In this document: positions 1-9,013 of the stretch, piece after piece
Numbering within the stretch: position 1 is the stretch's first letter
Layout: each line of letters begins with the position of its first letter
Assembly: GCA_963663385.2 (NCBI GenBank)
Contig: CAXXXD010000003.1
Coordinates: forward strand, 1,408,001 to 1,472,000
Length of the DNA stretch: 64,000 nucleotides
Direction: 5' to 3'
Origin: Oceanispirochaeta sp.
Lineage (GTDB): Bacteria > Spirochaetota > Spirochaetia > DSM-2461
Made by a program: the position numbers and the translations under genes
The notes under the pieces: model-generated
What the model was told of the DNA's origin: nothing
Seen by the model: the letters and a program-made list of their open reading frames with translations, nothing else
The model's database searches: none

Positions 1-105
1 AACGGAATATCCCCCGGACATTTCAGGAAGCTGACACAGAAAGAAGTTAACAGCCTATTGGCTCAAAGTGAAATAAACAAAAGACAGAACAGGATAAAAA
101 GATGA
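1..105 (+). CDS. 3' end of probable pseudouridine synthase (RluB/RsuA family), truncated by window edge
   Basis: Frame 1 reads NGISPGHFRKLTQKEVNSLL...KR*, resembling the PGxxRxLTxxEV C-terminus; stop overlaps the cmk start (ATGA); rluB-cmk-rpsA is a common order. Confidence 0.65.
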   Translation, partial: NGISPGHFRKLTQKEVNSLLAQSEINKRQNRIKR

Positions 106-740
106 TTGTAGCCATAGATGGACCGGCTGGTGTTGGAAAAAGCAGTATCGCCGGGCATATTGCGGACAAATTGGGTTATTTCAATTTGAATTCAGGGAAT
201 TTCTACAGAGCGGTTACCCTTAAATCCATAGAGAATGGACTCAGTTCCGATAATGAACAGGATATTATCAGAATAGCGGGGTCCTGTGATATTAAGATCA
301 GGGATTTCAGGATGATACTGGATGGCAGGGACGTGGAAGATATCCTTCATAGCGACGCTATTGATGCTATGGTAGCCCAGGTATCTGCAATTGTCCCTGT
401 CCGACACATTGTCAATGAAAAAATCAGAGAGTTAAGCAGTCACCTTGATATGGTAGCCGAGGGCCGGGATATGACTACCGTTGTTTTCCCTCATGCGGAT
501 GTCAAAGTATTTCTGGATGCTTCAGCCGAAGTCAGAGCAAAACGACGCTTTGATCAGGGCGTCAGCGAACTCTCTTACGAAGAGATTCTGGAAGGTATTC
601 AGAAACGGGATGTTATTGACAGAAACAAAAAAGAGGGCAGTTTAAAAATTTCTGAGGACGCCTTATATTTGGATACATCCTCCTTGACGTTAGATCAAGT
701 TTGTGAGAAAGTAACAGGTAAAATTAAAGAATTACAATAA
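102..740 (+). CDS. cmk: cytidylate kinase
   Basis: AIDGPAGVGKS P-loop, EGRD motif, RDxxD motif; upstream of rpsA. Confidence 0.97.
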   Translation: MIVAIDGPAGVGKSSIAGHIADKLGYFNLNSGNFYRAVTLKSIENGLSSDNEQDIIRIAGSCDIKIRDFRMILDGRDVEDILHSDAIDAMVAQVSAIVPVRHIVNEKIRELSSHLDMVAEGRDMTTVVFPHADVKVFLDASAEVRAKRRFDQGVSELSYEEILEGIQKRDVIDRNKKEGSLKISEDALYLDTSSLTLDQVCEKVTGKIKELQ

Positions 741-760
741 TTCAGGAGAATGGAACGGTT

Positions 761-2464
761 ATGGTAGAAATGGATGCCGCTGCAGCAGAGAACAACAATC
801 AAACAAAATTACAGGAGGCATACCTGAAGGGCATGGATCAGCTGGTTGAAGGCGAACTGGTACAAGGTCATGTTATACAGGTGGATTCCGAGTATGTTTA
901 TTTGGATGTTGGCTATAAATCAGAAGGGAAAGTACCGGTAACCGAGTTCAAGGAAACTCCGAATGTTGGTGAAGACATATCCGTCGTTCTGGTAAAGCGA
1001 GAAGGTAAAAACGGAGAACTGGTAGTATCCAAGAAAAAAGCGGATGCCAAGGTGCTCTGGAAAGAACTGAAAGATGCTTTTCAGGATCACAATACGATCC
1101 CGGGTAAAGTTGTAAAATCCATTAAAGGCGGATTTGAAGTTGATCTCGGAATTGAAGTTAGAGCTTTTATCCCCATTTCAAAGATGGATCTTCATAGAAT
1201 TGAAACACCAGAAGACTATATCGGTCTTGAAACCCAGTTTTATATTGAAAGGCTTTATAACGAGAAGTCAAAAGTTAATATTGTACTCTCCAGAAGAGAG
1301 TGGCTGGAAGAGACTCTATCCGCCAAAAAAACAGAGTTCTTTGAAAATACCTCCATCGGTGATGAAGTTACAGGTATAGTAAAGAGTTTTACTTCTTTCG
1401 GCGCATTCATTGACCTTGGTGGTTTTGACGGACTTCTTCATATCAATGATATGAGTTGGGGTCATGTAAACAGGCCTAAGGATTATGTCAAAAAAGGTCA
1501 GGAAATCAAACTCAAGGTTATCAGACTTGAGCCGGAAGATGAGAAGATCAATCTTTCCCTCAAGCACTTTACCGAAGATCCCTGGTCAACTTTTGAAGAT
1601 CGCTATCAGGTAGATGATGTAATAAAGGGTAAAGTAACAAAACTGACTGATTTCGGTGCTTTCATTGAAATAGAAGAGGGTATTGAAGGTTTGGCTCATA
1701 TTTCAGAGCTGTCATGGATTAAACGGATCAAGCATCCCAAGGAAGTTCTGAATATTGGTGATGAAGTTGAAGCCATGATCCTTGGTTATGACATCCATGA
1801 TGGGAGAATCAGTCTTGGAATGAAACAGGTTATGCCCAATCCATGGGATGAGCTGGAAGCAAAGTATCCTGTAGGAATCAAACTAACCAGAACTATTAAA
1901 AAAGTTACTAATGCCGGTGCTTTTATCGAATTGGAAGAAGGTATCGACGGATTTCTCCATGTTGATGATCTTTCCTGGACTAAAAAAGTAAAAAATCCTT
2001 CCAGTGTTCTTAAAGAAGGTGAAGAGATTGAAGTAACTGTAACTTCTGTAGATACAGAGGCTCACAGGATCAGGCTTGGTGTAAAACAGCTTTCAGACGA
2101 TCCATGGGAGACCCTGTTAAACGTTGCTCCCAAGGGCAGTGTAATTGAAGGAGAGATTTCCAATATCACCGACTTTGGACTGTTTGTAAAAGTACAGGGA
2201 GAGATAGAAGGACTCATTCATAAAAACAATCTTAGCGATGATCGTGACGCAGATCCTGATGAACTGCTGAGTAAATATAAAGTGGGTGATAAGATTTCTG
2301 CAGCTGTAATCGAACTACAGGCTTCAAAGCAGAAACTTTCCCTCTCTGTCAAAGAGATGAAACTTCGGGAACAGAAGAAGGAGATCTCTAAATATATCCA
2401 TGAGGATGACGGAGATGATACTACTTACACTCTCGCTGACATGCTTAAGGATAAAGAAGATTAA
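761..2464 (+). CDS. rpsA: 30S ribosomal protein S1
   Basis: Repeated S1 domains (FGAFID/FGAFIE...GLxHI); SD AGGAG upstream. Confidence 0.98.
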   Translation: MVEMDAAAAENNNQTKLQEAYLKGMDQLVEGELVQGHVIQVDSEYVYLDVGYKSEGKVPVTEFKETPNVGEDISVVLVKREGKNGELVVSKKKADAKVLWKELKDAFQDHNTIPGKVVKSIKGGFEVDLGIEVRAFIPISKMDLHRIETPEDYIGLETQFYIERLYNEKSKVNIVLSRREWLEETLSAKKTEFFENTSIGDEVTGIVKSFTSFGAFIDLGGFDGLLHINDMSWGHVNRPKDYVKKGQEIKLKVIRLEPEDEKINLSLKHFTEDPWSTFEDRYQVDDVIKGKVTKLTDFGAFIEIEEGIEGLAHISELSWIKRIKHPKEVLNIGDEVEAMILGYDIHDGRISLGMKQVMPNPWDELEAKYPVGIKLTRTIKKVTNAGAFIELEEGIDGFLHVDDLSWTKKVKNPSSVLKEGEEIEVTVTSVDTEAHRIRLGVKQLSDDPWETLLNVAPKGSVIEGEISNITDFGLFVKVQGEIEGLIHKNNLSDDRDADPDELLSKYKVGDKISAAVIELQASKQKLSLSVKEMKLREQKKEISKYIHEDDGDDTTYTLADMLKDKED

Positions 2465-2475
2465 TTTTCAGCGCT

Positions 2476-3981
2476 ATGTTAGCTGATAAGGTTGATAAAA
2501 AACGACTGGAAACTCTTATTGAAATTAATAATCTTATTAATTCCAATTACACGGATATCCGGTCCTTATTAACTCATATTCTTGAATCATCAACTCGCCT
2601 CACAGGAGGCGAGTCTTCCTCACTTCTTCTGGTAGATACGGAAACGGATCTTCTTTATTTTGAGATTGCTCTTGGTTCAAAGGGTGATAAAGTTACAAAG
2701 CTTACTGTCAAAATGGGTGAGGGGATTGCCGGGTGGGTAGCTCAGAATAATCAGTCACTCATAGTGAATGATGTTGAGAAGGATACCCGTTTCTACTCTG
2801 GAGTAGATAAGGATGTAGGTTACAAAACAACATCCATCCTGGCCGTTCCTTTACGCATGAGGGACCATTGTGTTGGCGTTATTGAGGTAATCAATAAGGA
2901 AAACGGTCGTAAATTTACCGAAGAGGATCTTGAATGGCTTGAGATTTTCTCAAACCAGGCATCACTTGCGTACCAGAATGCCCAATCTTTCAAGAAAGTT
3001 AAGGATGAACTTTTTCGTTTGCAGGATCGGGTCGAATCTGACACTGGTTATCATAAACTGATATATTCCAGCAAGGGAATTGAGTCTCTTCTTGATATGA
3101 CGGATAAAATATCCCAGTCATCATCACCTGTACTTATTACCGGTGAGAGTGGTGTCGGAAAGGAATTGTTTGCCGAGCAGATCCACATAAAAAGTCCCCG
3201 TTCACAGGAAGTATTTATCCGCCTCAACTGTGCAGCCATACCGGAAGAATTGCTGGAAAGTGAACTTTTCGGTCATATCAGAGGCGCCTTTACCGATGCT
3301 ACAACAGAGCGGGTGGGGCGGTTTACCCTGGCAGACGGTGGATCCATCTTTCTTGATGAAATTGGTGAGATTTCTCTGTCGGTTCAAGCCAAGCTTCTCA
3401 GAATATTACAGAATAAGCAATTTGAACCACTCGGTTCATCAGAAACAGTAACGGTAGATGTAAGGATAATAGCCGCTACAAATAAGAACCTTGAGGCGAT
3501 GGTTGAAAAAGGAACCTTTCGGGAGGATTTATATTACCGGCTGAATGTTCTTCCTTTGTCGATTCCTCCGTTAAGAGAAAGAAAAGAGGATATTCCAACA
3601 CTGTCTGAATATTTCCTTAAAAAATACGCTTTAAAAAACAGAAAGGAAATCGAAGGATTTTCTCCGGATTGTTTTGATGTACTGCTTAATTCCTCCTGGC
3701 CTGGAAACGTACGGGAACTTGAAAATGTAATAGAGAGGGCTGTCATTATTTCTGAGACTCCCATTATTCAAAGCCGCAGTTTGCTGCTTTCTAAAAGCAA
3801 TGATAATTCATTTTCAAGATATGAAGGAAAATCTTTAAAAGATGCAGTGAATTTATTTAAGAAAAATTATATAAAGGGTATATTAAATGATTGTAATGAC
3901 AATCAGACGGAGGCGTCAAAGCTTCTGAATATACAAAGGACATATTTGTCCCGATTATTAAAAGAACTGGAAATTAAATAA
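2476..3981 (+). CDS. GAF-domain sigma54-dependent (NifA/FhlA-like) transcriptional activator
   Basis: N-terminal GAF (GEGIAGWVA, SILAVPL), GESGVGKE Walker A, ESELFGH-GAFTDA, FLDEIG, WPGNVRELEN, C-terminal Fis-type HTH. Confidence 0.93.
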   Translation: MLADKVDKKRLETLIEINNLINSNYTDIRSLLTHILESSTRLTGGESSSLLLVDTETDLLYFEIALGSKGDKVTKLTVKMGEGIAGWVAQNNQSLIVNDVEKDTRFYSGVDKDVGYKTTSILAVPLRMRDHCVGVIEVINKENGRKFTEEDLEWLEIFSNQASLAYQNAQSFKKVKDELFRLQDRVESDTGYHKLIYSSKGIESLLDMTDKISQSSSPVLITGESGVGKELFAEQIHIKSPRSQEVFIRLNCAAIPEELLESELFGHIRGAFTDATTERVGRFTLADGGSIFLDEIGEISLSVQAKLLRILQNKQFEPLGSSETVTVDVRIIAATNKNLEAMVEKGTFREDLYYRLNVLPLSIPPLRERKEDIPTLSEYFLKKYALKNRKEIEGFSPDCFDVLLNSSWPGNVRELENVIERAVIISETPIIQSRSLLLSKSNDNSFSRYEGKSLKDAVNLFKKNYIKGILNDCNDNQTEASKLLNIQRTYLSRLLKELEIK

Positions 3982-3993
3982 GGAGTCAATATT

Positions 3994-4674
3994 TTGAACA
4001 CCCATAGCGGAACTGAAAAAACAAGAGCGGAAAAGGTTGCAGAAATAATTAAAGCTAACAGTAGAAAACTTATAGCACTTTCCGCGGCCCTGCTTCTTGT
4101 GCTGTTACTGGTTGGAGTTTTTGAAACAGTTTCTTCAAAAAGAGCGGAAAAAGCTTTACTTCATGCTGAACAGATTGAAGATGTCTACAAGCAGTGGATA
4201 ACATCTGCCGAAGCGGATAGAGGCGCTGTTTCCGAGGAATTGACAGCACTGATTACAGAGGCGATAAGCGACTTTGATGGAAGCTATGCCGCTCTTCGGG
4301 CCTACTATACAAAAGGTCTCTTGAATGCGGAGGAACAGAAATGGGATGATTCAATTGCATCGTTTCTGGCTGTAGCAGAAAAGTACCCTTCTTCCTATCT
4401 TGCACCGGTTGCACTGTTTAATGCTGCGTCTATAGCTGACCAATCCGGAGACACTGAAAAAGCACTGTCACTTTATGAAAGTATCATCGAGAATTTTTCT
4501 GATATTTCCGCCGATATCCCTGAGACACTCTTCAACATAGGCCGCTTAAACGAAGAACTGGGAAATGCGGATAATGCTGTAGTGAGCTATCAGAAAATCC
4601 TTGATGATTACAACTCTTCCAGTTGGACGAATATTGCAAAAAGCCGTATAATTTCTATTAACACGAACAGTTAA
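3994..4674 (+). CDS. membrane-anchored TPR protein (YfgM/CpoB-like)
   Basis: N-terminal TM helix then TPR-like helices; TTG start with AGGAG SD. Confidence 0.8.
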   Translation: MNTHSGTEKTRAEKVAEIIKANSRKLIALSAALLLVLLLVGVFETVSSKRAEKALLHAEQIEDVYKQWITSAEADRGAVSEELTALITEAISDFDGSYAALRAYYTKGLLNAEEQKWDDSIASFLAVAEKYPSSYLAPVALFNAASIADQSGDTEKALSLYESIIENFSDISADIPETLFNIGRLNEELGNADNAVVSYQKILDDYNSSSWTNIAKSRIISINTNS

Positions 4675-4707
4675 TATCTAATACCCACCAAGATCAAGGA
4701 GTGGTTC

Positions 4708-7119
4708 ATGGCTAAAGAAGGTGCTTCCCATCCGAAAATACTTAATGTTAAGTATTTCAGTATGATACTGGCTCTGTTTTTCTTTCTCCTATTCTGGGGC
4801 CTGAACAGCTGGACGGCCATGTTTAATCATATGGAACTCAAGCTCCTTGATCTTCATTTCAATTTAAAAAAAGTATTTGAACAATCCCGTATACAGGAAG
4901 GGGTAACTATCGAAAAAAGGAATCCGGATATTTCTCCGGATATACTTATACTCGGTATTGATTTCAACAGCCTGAACACTTTTGGACGATGGCCTTTTCC
5001 CCGATACAGACACGCCAATCTGATTGATTCGTTCAGTAGAATAAAAAATCAGAATGAGAGAGAATCCGCACTTTTTATAGACGTTTTTTTCATAGAACCA
5101 GATAATACTGCATATGACGATGTAATCCTGACTGAATCCATTAAACAGAATGGGCGTGTTTTTATCGAAACGGTTCTTAAAAGAACACCCATGTCTTCCA
5201 GTGATGCAGAAGAATATTTTGGAAGACAGGATACTCTTTATAATAATTATGGTGAGATCCTTCACATAGAAGGAGATACCTCTCAGATTACTGAATATTT
5301 CGGTCTTCAGTCACCGTTGAAACCATATGCCAGGGCAACTTACGGTTACGGACATGCCAATTTTTATGAAGACTATGATAAACGCTACAGAAGACAGCAG
5401 CTTGTTGCTAAATCATCTGTTCTTGTAAACACTATCGAGCTTGAAAACCTCACAACGGATTATCAGATCAATACTGAGAATTATGAACGCTTAGCCTGGG
5501 TAGACAGGGAAGGTCAGTATCATACGATTGAGTATCCATTGACAGACAGGATAATCACTCAACTGTCAAAGGACATGGAGGAATCATCTCCTCCCCGGGT
5601 GGAAGATACTGACGGGGATGGGAACCCGGACCGGGAATTCTATGTACTATACCACTATAAGGATCATTTTGTTCCGGCAATTACACTGGCTCTTGCTACA
5701 AACTATTTCAATAAATCACTGTCTGATATTGAAGTTAAACTGGGAGAATATATTCGTATTCCTGATATTGAATCCTATAATTCCGACACAGGGGAGTGGG
5801 AACCCTATAAAATTACAAAAAGATTCCCCGAGACAGATGAAGATGGGAATATTACAAAGGAAGGGGTTTACGAAATAGTTGATGAAATTAAAATCCCCAT
5901 AGATGAAAAGGGACAGATGCTTATCAATTTTATGGGAACCCGATCAAATGCTTCCCGCGGGGGTTACCAGACCTATCCCATACGATCCTATGCAGGATAT
6001 GCTGCCCGCGTTCCCGGTTTGAACCCTGATACATGGCCGCAGACCAAAGCTGTTTCCAATAAGATTCTTATGGTAGGAGCTTTTGCACAGGGTATTGCGG
6101 ATGATGAGAAAACAACACCTTTCGGACTTATGTATGGGGTTGAGATTCATGCCAATGCCCTTAATACAATCCTTATGGATAACTTTCTCCATGAATTGCC
6201 GGTTCTGTACAATATTCTGATTCTTTTTGCATCAGTCATGATCATCGCTTTTATTACATCTAGGATAGGAGCCGGTTGGTCGCTGATTATTACAGTTTTT
6301 CTTATATTCGGGGAATTTATTACTATATCCATTCTCTTTGAGTTCCAGCGTATTATGATAAATTTTGCAACTCCTGGTATCGCCATGTTCTTCACTTACA
6401 TTACTGTAGTTTTGTACAGAGTGATTATTGAAGAGTCCGATAAAAGAAGAATCAAAGAGATGTTTGGAAAGTATGTCAGCCCGGTTGTGGTTGATCAGAT
6501 GATGAACAAACCTCCCGAGCTGGGTGGTGAGGATAACGATACAACTATCTTTTTCTCTGACATCCGCAGTTTTACAACCCTTTCAGAAACCATGAGCCCA
6601 CAGGAACTGGTACACCTGCTCAATGAGTACCTGACGGCAATGACAGACTGTATTATGGACTACCAGGGCACTCTGGATAAATATATAGGAGATGCCATCA
6701 TGTGTTTCTGGGGTGCACCAATTCCTCAGGAAGATCATGCTCTTCTGGCCTGTAAATGTGCCCTTAAGCAGATGCAGCTTCTGGAGGAACTGAATATGAA
6801 CTGGCCTCCGGAAAAACAGATTCATATTGGAATTGGTTTGAACTCCGGAATAACGACTGTTGGAAACATGGGTAGTGAAGGGCGTATGAATTACACTGTC
6901 ATGGGTGATAATGTAAACCTGGCATCCAGACTTGAAGGGATAAATAAACAATACTATACAAGTATTGTCATCAGCGAGTCCACCTACCTTAAAGTGAAAG
7001 ACAGGGGAGCCATTGCCAGGGAATTGGATGATATCCGTGTAAAAGGCAAGAAAAAACCTGTCAGAATTTATGAACTTGTTGCATTTGAAGGAGATCTTGA
7101 TCCTGCAAAAAACAACTAG
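4708..7119 (+). CDS. CHASE2-domain class III adenylate cyclase
   Basis: GRWPFPR and GVEIHAN CHASE2 motifs, 3 TM helices, then FSDIRSFT, DKYIGDA (Lys, ATP specificity), GDNVNLASRLE. Confidence 0.93.
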   Translation: MAKEGASHPKILNVKYFSMILALFFFLLFWGLNSWTAMFNHMELKLLDLHFNLKKVFEQSRIQEGVTIEKRNPDISPDILILGIDFNSLNTFGRWPFPRYRHANLIDSFSRIKNQNERESALFIDVFFIEPDNTAYDDVILTESIKQNGRVFIETVLKRTPMSSSDAEEYFGRQDTLYNNYGEILHIEGDTSQITEYFGLQSPLKPYARATYGYGHANFYEDYDKRYRRQQLVAKSSVLVNTIELENLTTDYQINTENYERLAWVDREGQYHTIEYPLTDRIITQLSKDMEESSPPRVEDTDGDGNPDREFYVLYHYKDHFVPAITLALATNYFNKSLSDIEVKLGEYIRIPDIESYNSDTGEWEPYKITKRFPETDEDGNITKEGVYEIVDEIKIPIDEKGQMLINFMGTRSNASRGGYQTYPIRSYAGYAARVPGLNPDTWPQTKAVSNKILMVGAFAQGIADDEKTTPFGLMYGVEIHANALNTILMDNFLHELPVLYNILILFASVMIIAFITSRIGAGWSLIITVFLIFGEFITISILFEFQRIMINFATPGIAMFFTYITVVLYRVIIEESDKRRIKEMFGKYVSPVVVDQMMNKPPELGGEDNDTTIFFSDIRSFTTLSETMSPQELVHLLNEYLTAMTDCIMDYQGTLDKYIGDAIMCFWGAPIPQEDHALLACKCALKQMQLLEELNMNWPPEKQIHIGIGLNSGITTVGNMGSEGRMNYTVMGDNVNLASRLEGINKQYYTSIVISESTYLKVKDRGAIARELDDIRVKGKKKPVRIYELVAFEGDLDPAKNN

Positions 7120-7888
7120 AGGTTCATCCACGTTCTGCTTACTGATTTTTATCTCATCTCTTTTGACCGGGTCATGCGGACTGCCAGTCTATGAAGTGCT
7201 GGATCCGCCTGATATGTATAATCCGGGATCTTATCAGATTGGATTTCAAACCCCTGATGACAGCTCCATTGATGGTTATATAATCTATTATAAAATATAT
7301 GAATACAACCATACCAGCATCAGTACGGATAAAGCGAAATTCAGTGCATCCTATTATGAAAATGATGATAGTGAGCTTGATTCCGGAACATCTCTTCCCG
7401 AAAGCCTTAAATTCTATAAATTGGGGTTTACTGGTCAGTCAAATAATGAAAATTACCCGCATATTCCTTTATCAGGTTCGAATCACAATGTAATTATTGA
7501 TTTCACTTCAGCTCTCAATCAGATTTCTGATCCCGTATTGAGTATTGATGGAACAGTATACTCAGATATCCCGGCACGTGGGGTTTTATACAGCGATATT
7601 GATTCCTATACAACCAGCGAAAATACTTTCAAACGGTTTATTAATAACTATGAGTTTGAAAATCCGGAAAATGAGGTCGATGCCGATCTAAAAACCATGA
7701 GAGCAAATAACGGCGGCAGTTTAAGCGGGATCACATCAATAGAAATAGCATTTGTAGCCATAAGTTATGGAATCAGCGCAGGAACGCTTGAGCAGATGAT
7801 GAGTGTTCCCATATACCTTGGAACGGTAACTCAGAATAATTTTACGGACAATAGTTCCAATACACCTGTACTGAATAAACAAAACTAA
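7070..7888 (+). CDS. hypothetical lipoprotein (true start may be a few codons downstream)
   Basis: Hydrophobic stretch ending in LLTGS-C lipobox; overlaps the end of the cyclase gene. Confidence 0.75.
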   Translation: MNLLHLKEILILQKTTRGSSTFCLLIFISSLLTGSCGLPVYEVLDPPDMYNPGSYQIGFQTPDDSSIDGYIIYYKIYEYNHTSISTDKAKFSASYYENDDSELDSGTSLPESLKFYKLGFTGQSNNENYPHIPLSGSNHNVIIDFTSALNQISDPVLSIDGTVYSDIPARGVLYSDIDSYTTSENTFKRFINNYEFENPENEVDADLKTMRANNGGSLSGITSIEIAFVAISYGISAGTLEQMMSVPIYLGTVTQNNFTDNSSNTPVLNKQN

Positions 7889-7907
7889 CCAGGAAAGGAA
7901 ATGATAT

Positions 7908-8180
7908 ATGTTAGGCAGTTATTCAACGAATTATATACTTTTATATTCGATTTGCGGATTTACAGTGGCTTTTATTGGGTTATATATTTTGCGATGGTAT
8001 TTTCTCGGGCATACTTACGGAGCCATATTAGTCGGAACCATCGGTTCTTTTCTGGGCGCTTTATTCAGTACCATTATTTTTAAAAGCGGGATTTCTTTAC
8101 TCAGTATTATTTTTTCTGTATTATTCTCAGCTTTATCTTTGATACTGTTCAGGATAGTAAGTAAGCATTATCCTGATTAA
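7908..8180 (+). CDS. small 3-TM membrane protein, GlsB/YeaQ/YmgE-like
   Basis: GAILVGTIGSFLGA motif; three hydrophobic segments. Confidence 0.6.
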   Translation: MLGSYSTNYILLYSICGFTVAFIGLYILRWYFLGHTYGAILVGTIGSFLGALFSTIIFKSGISLLSIIFSVLFSALSLILFRIVSKHYPD

Positions 8181-8233
8181 TATTACAAAGCTTCTGATAA
8201 TATATATTCTGTCTACTTAAATAAGGATTAAAA

Positions 8234-9013
8234 ATGAGTCAAGCGAAAGAAGGATTCCAGGAATTATACGATATAATAAGAAAGCTGCGCTCCCCCGAAG
8301 GTTGTCCCTGGGACCGGGAGCAAACTCCCGAATCCATGACGGGAGACCTGCTGGAAGAAGTTTATGAAACGATTGAAGCAATCAAGGAAAAGGACGATTC
8401 TCATCTAATGGAAGAACTGGGTGATGTTTTTCTTATAGTTACCATGATCTCCTATATGAAACAGCAGGAGAACAGTTTTACCCTGAATGATGTCCTTAGA
8501 AGCATTTCTGAAAAGCTTATCCGCAGGCATCCCCATGTTTTTTCCGATTCTGATGTCAGCGACAGTGAAGAAGTCTTAAAGCAATGGGAACAGATAAAGA
8601 TTGATGTTGAAGGAAGAAAACCCAAAAAATCGATCCTTGACAAGGTCTCCAAAGGCTTACCACCCCTTGAAAGGGCCTACAAGATCCAGAAAAAGGCAGC
8701 AAAAGCCGGATTTGATTGGCCGGACATTCAAGGAGTATGGGATAAAGTACATGAAGAGATCGACGAAGTCAGAAATGTATCTCCTGATAATCCTGATCAC
8801 CTGAAGGAAGAGATCGGTGATCTTCTATTCTCTGTTGTAAACATATCACGCTATCTGGGTGTTGATCCCGCGGATGCCCTGCACGATTGTAATAGAAAGT
8901 TTTCCACCAGATTCTCCTTCGTAGAAGAAAAGATGCAGAAAGAAAATCTGAAGATGAATCAGGAGAATTTTGAAAAGATGGATCAGCTTTGGGAAGAGTC
9001 CAAATCCAAATAG
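8234..9013 (+). CDS. mazG: nucleoside triphosphate pyrophosphohydrolase MazG
   Basis: GCPWDREQT, EELGD, RRHPHVF, second EEIGD domain. Confidence 0.96.
   Translation: MSQAKEGFQELYDIIRKLRSPEGCPWDREQTPESMTGDLLEEVYETIEAIKEKDDSHLMEELGDVFLIVTMISYMKQQENSFTLNDVLRSISEKLIRRHPHVFSDSDVSDSEEVLKQWEQIKIDVEGRKPKKSILDKVSKGLPPLERAYKIQKKAAKAGFDWPDIQGVWDKVHEEIDEVRNVSPDNPDHLKEEIGDLLFSVVNISRYLGVDPADALHDCNRKFSTRFSFVEEKMQKENLKMNQENFEKMDQLWEESKSK

Noticed and set aside
684..712. Internal rpsA promoter in cmk (TTGACG-17-GAAAGT)
   Set aside because: The -10 match is too weak to call without TSS data
7901..8083. Alternative 60-aa ORF close to the SD
   Set aside because: The overlapping 7908-8180 frame gives a coherent 3-TM protein and fills the gap better
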